In this document: piece by piece, positions 61,148 through 64,000 of the stretch
Position numbering within the stretch: position 1 is the stretch's first letter
How the letters are laid out: each line of letters starts with the position of its first letter
DNA from: Fimicolochytrium jonesii
Taxonomy: Eukaryota
Direction: 5' to 3'
Assembly (NCBI RefSeq): GCF_025526975.1
Contig: NW_026515674.1
Span: forward strand, 930,001-994,000
Length of the DNA: 64,000 nucleotides
Notes under the pieces: model-generated
Database searches by the model: none
What the model was told of the DNA's origin: nothing
The model's input: only the letters and a program-made list of their open reading frames with translations
Translations under genes and position numbers: made by a program

Positions 61148-63175
61148 ATGCATCTATTCACGCATCGCCTCTCGGCGCTCCCTCTCTCCTTCCTCTCCAT
61201 CCTCGCCTCCCTCCCTCTCCTTTTCTCCCACGCCGTCATCTCCCAGAACATCACCGCGGCCGAAACCTCTTCTACCACCGCTGCATTTGTGTGCACGTCC
61301 CTCGCCTCCACGCTTCCCTCTCGGGTTGAGTTCGTCAATCGAGGCTTTAACGTCACGGCTTTTGCGCTTTCTTACTGGTCATCCACGGCTGCGATCATAC
61401 CTACCTGCGTTTTCAGACCGCAGAGTACTGCGGAAGTTGCGATTGCTGTGAAGATTTTGGCGACGCAGAAGGCTAAGGGGAGAGATGTCAAGTTTGCTGT
61501 GAAGTCCGGTGGTCATGATCCATTGATTGGAGCTTCTGGTAAGGTTTGGATGCTGTGTTTATATTGGTCGTCACACTGAAACCAGTGCGGCGATACCTCC
61601 GGTCGATTTCACGCCAATCGATTTCATGCCCGATCACGGCTAACAATCACCTCATGTTTCCACAGGCACCACAGGCCTCCTTATCACGCTCGAAAAGCTC
61701 AACAAGGTCAGCTACGACACACCCACAGCTACCGCTCGTATTGGCCCCGGTGCACGATGGGGGCAAGTGTATCAATACCTCAATCATTACAACGTCTCGG
61801 TTGCGGGCGGTCGAGTCAGCAGTGTTGGAGTTGGAGGTAAGGGATGCTTCTGTGATGCGCTGTGTCGATTGGGATGTTCATTTTTCTGCTCTCTAGGCTT
61901 GTTGTTGAGTGGTGGTATCAGTTATCATAGCGCGCAGGATGGCTTTTCAATCGATACCATCCTTTCATATGAGGTACGTGTCATCCCGTTTTGAGGTGAA
62001 AGCGTTCCCTTGGCATGCTGTCATTTACACCCTTGCGTTTTTGTGGCTAGCTTGTCCTTCCTAGTGGCGTGATCATAAACGTCACCAATGCTTCCCGCCC
62101 GGATCTTTTCTTTGCGCTACGTGGCGGAGGAAACAAATTTGGAATCGTCACAAAGTAAGAGCAAGGAAATCGTGGCTGCACAGAATCGCCTTTGTCCTTC
62201 TCATGCCCCTTCTCGCTATAGCTTCATTTTGAAAACGCACCGGCAACCTTTAGTCAATTACGGCATCGTGCAGTTCTTGCCTGGGACGGAGGCCGCGTTT
62301 GCTGAGGCTATCACTGGTAATTGCGGCCACATTGCCTGCTTTCGTAAGATTCATGCGCTAAGTTGGATTTTCTACAGATTTCTTGCTCAACTCTAAAGAC
62401 CCCAAGGCTGCTATCATCCCGAATTTGATCGCGGATCCAAATGCGGTAAATAGATGCTTCTCGATTGCTAGCAGGAATCATCACATCCCAGATCTCTTCC
62501 ATTGACAACTTGACTCCTCGGCCGTAGACGTATCCGCTTTGCCAGTTCTGGTACGACGGTCCCGTTGCTCCCACAGGAATCTGGGACAGGTTCCTGGCCA
62601 TCCCGCACAACGATACCCGATTTTTCACGGTCCCTCACTATGTCGCTACTGGAATCATCGGCGATATGACCAACCAGCTCTACGGCACCCGCCAGAATTT
62701 CCTCACTACCACTCTTAAGAACATATCGCCAGGATTCCTGACTTCCGTCCTTAACTACACCGCCAAACACTTTGCAGCCGTCAGGGCTCACGCCGGAAGT
62801 GCGCTCATTCTCTGTCAGATCGCAATCGAGCCCATCCAAACATCGCTGCTCCGCGTTCACGCGTCCTCGCCTCCGTCGGCCTTCAACCCGCTCACGGAGG
62901 GTGTGCAGCCACAGATTGTGTACGAATATTCGTGTGATTGGACGGACCCGAGGCTTGATGCGTACTTCTTCAGAGAGGGAACCACGGCTGTGAGGACTTT
63001 GGAAAGGTTGGTTGGGAGGGAACACGTCTCGAACTGGCTTTATCCCAATTACGTGGGACAAGGGCAGGATGTGGCGAGGGTATTTTCGGGGACTGAGGAG
63101 AGGGCAGCGGCGATTCAACGGAGGGTGGATCCGACAGGCTTGTTCAGGGAGGGGACTGGGGGATTGGCGTTTTAG
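61148..63175 (+). CDS. Secreted FAD-binding (PCMH-type, BBE/AA7-like) oxidoreductase; multi-exon
   Basis: Signal peptide, PTCVFRP...FAVKSGGH, GGRVSSVGVG|GLLLSGG, ALRGGGNKFGIVT, YPNY and RVDPTGLF. Confidence 0.88.
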
Positions 63176-63503
63176 TTAGATTGAGGAGACTTTGGCGTAT
63201 GAACTCTTAGGGGTAGCCTGGATCTTTCGCTTTCTTTCGTTGTCTTTACAGTGCATCTTCTGTTTACTGTTCTTCATCTCATTCTCCGTTTCTTGAATAT
63301 TATTCGTCCCTTTGAGGCAAGTATTTCTCAAAAGCCTAGCTGGAAACTTCGCTTTGAAAAGTTCCGCGTGGGCAACTAACGGTAATTCGACAGCGCGAGC
63401 ATGAAGTGGCGCAGGGACTTCCGCTTTCTTCATCTGCCGTCGGAGCATTCCTGCAAACTGGTTTCACCTTCCGTTGCCACACAGCCATCCCAAAACAAAT
63501 AAT

Positions 63504-64000
63504 ATGACAACAACAAAACCATCCGACCAGCCCTCGGGCCAACAACAGCAACAGCAGCCGCCGCCTAGTAAGGCGGTGGCGGATATGCTGGCGCTGGTAG
63601 CGAGCTCGGGGAGTCATGTGGTTAAATTGACATTGGAGGTGAATTACTCATTGGAGAAATGTAGGTGTTCTGAACCATGCCTTTACCCATTCAAAGCGCG
63701 GTCTAATCATTGCGATCCTCTGGTCCCCTTCATTTTCGCTTCATCAAATAGTGGTCGCAGCCCCCACAAGCATATCCTATCAACGCAAGAAACCAGGCAA
63801 CCCGCCCGATGCCGCGGCGGCCAAGAAGCGCAAGAGCGCCCTGGACGACTACCGCAAGTTCTATCTCGCATACTCGATTGGCGGCGTGTATGAGGGGAAG
63901 ACGGAGGTGCTGCTCGCTGATCAGTCGCCGTGGGTCTGGACGCATGATGTTGCTGTTAAGTCGGTGAGTTGGGATCGAGTGGATGCGGGATGTTGTAAGA
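63504..64000 (+). CDS. Hypothetical protein, 5' part only (runs off the window)
   Basis: MTTTKPSDQ...VKLTLEVNYSLEK|LVAAPTS...FYLAYSIGG...WVWTHDVAVKS| with plausible GT-AG junctions. Confidence 0.5.

Noticed and set aside
6635..63175. Copper/redox gene cluster (YcnI-like, tyrosinase, AA5 oxidase, FAD oxidase)
   Set aside because: The genes are spread over more than 55 kb among housekeeping genes, with no evidence of clustering or co-regulation.

Overview
Eukaryotic, intron-containing (GT-AG) DNA from a compact fungal genome, probably a zoosporic chytrid. That placement is inferred from a SKA1 gene and a guanylyl-type cyclase sitting among typical fungal genes. About 24 protein-coding genes can be reconstructed: COQ7 (partial), HUT1, CAX4, a TIP30-like Rossmann protein, a YcnI-like surface protein, a UBP3-like deubiquitinase, NOP15, a tyrosinase, a PAS hybrid histidine kinase, an atypical Rab-like GTPase, SKA1, a PPR-like protein, an ARM/SmgGDS-like protein, a G/N-rich secreted protein, a coiled-coil/CBM48 protein, a YTH protein, a guanylyl cyclase, an AA5 copper radical oxidase, an AVO2-like ankyrin protein, a PH-like protein, a FAD oxidase and a few unknowns. 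There is also one truncated GDP-mannose transporter pseudogene. The most striking non-coding signal is a family of unusually long (~290-350 nt) homologous introns in unrelated genes (CAX4, NOP15, the ARM gene, the pseudogene). They share sense-oriented motifs and are built from GCGAGC-GNA/GNNA-GCGAGC mini-hairpins that can form tandem sheared G.A pairs. This suggests an intron-resident or intron-generating element, possibly with a single-stranded DNA stage. Exon boundaries were read by eye and no database searches were run.
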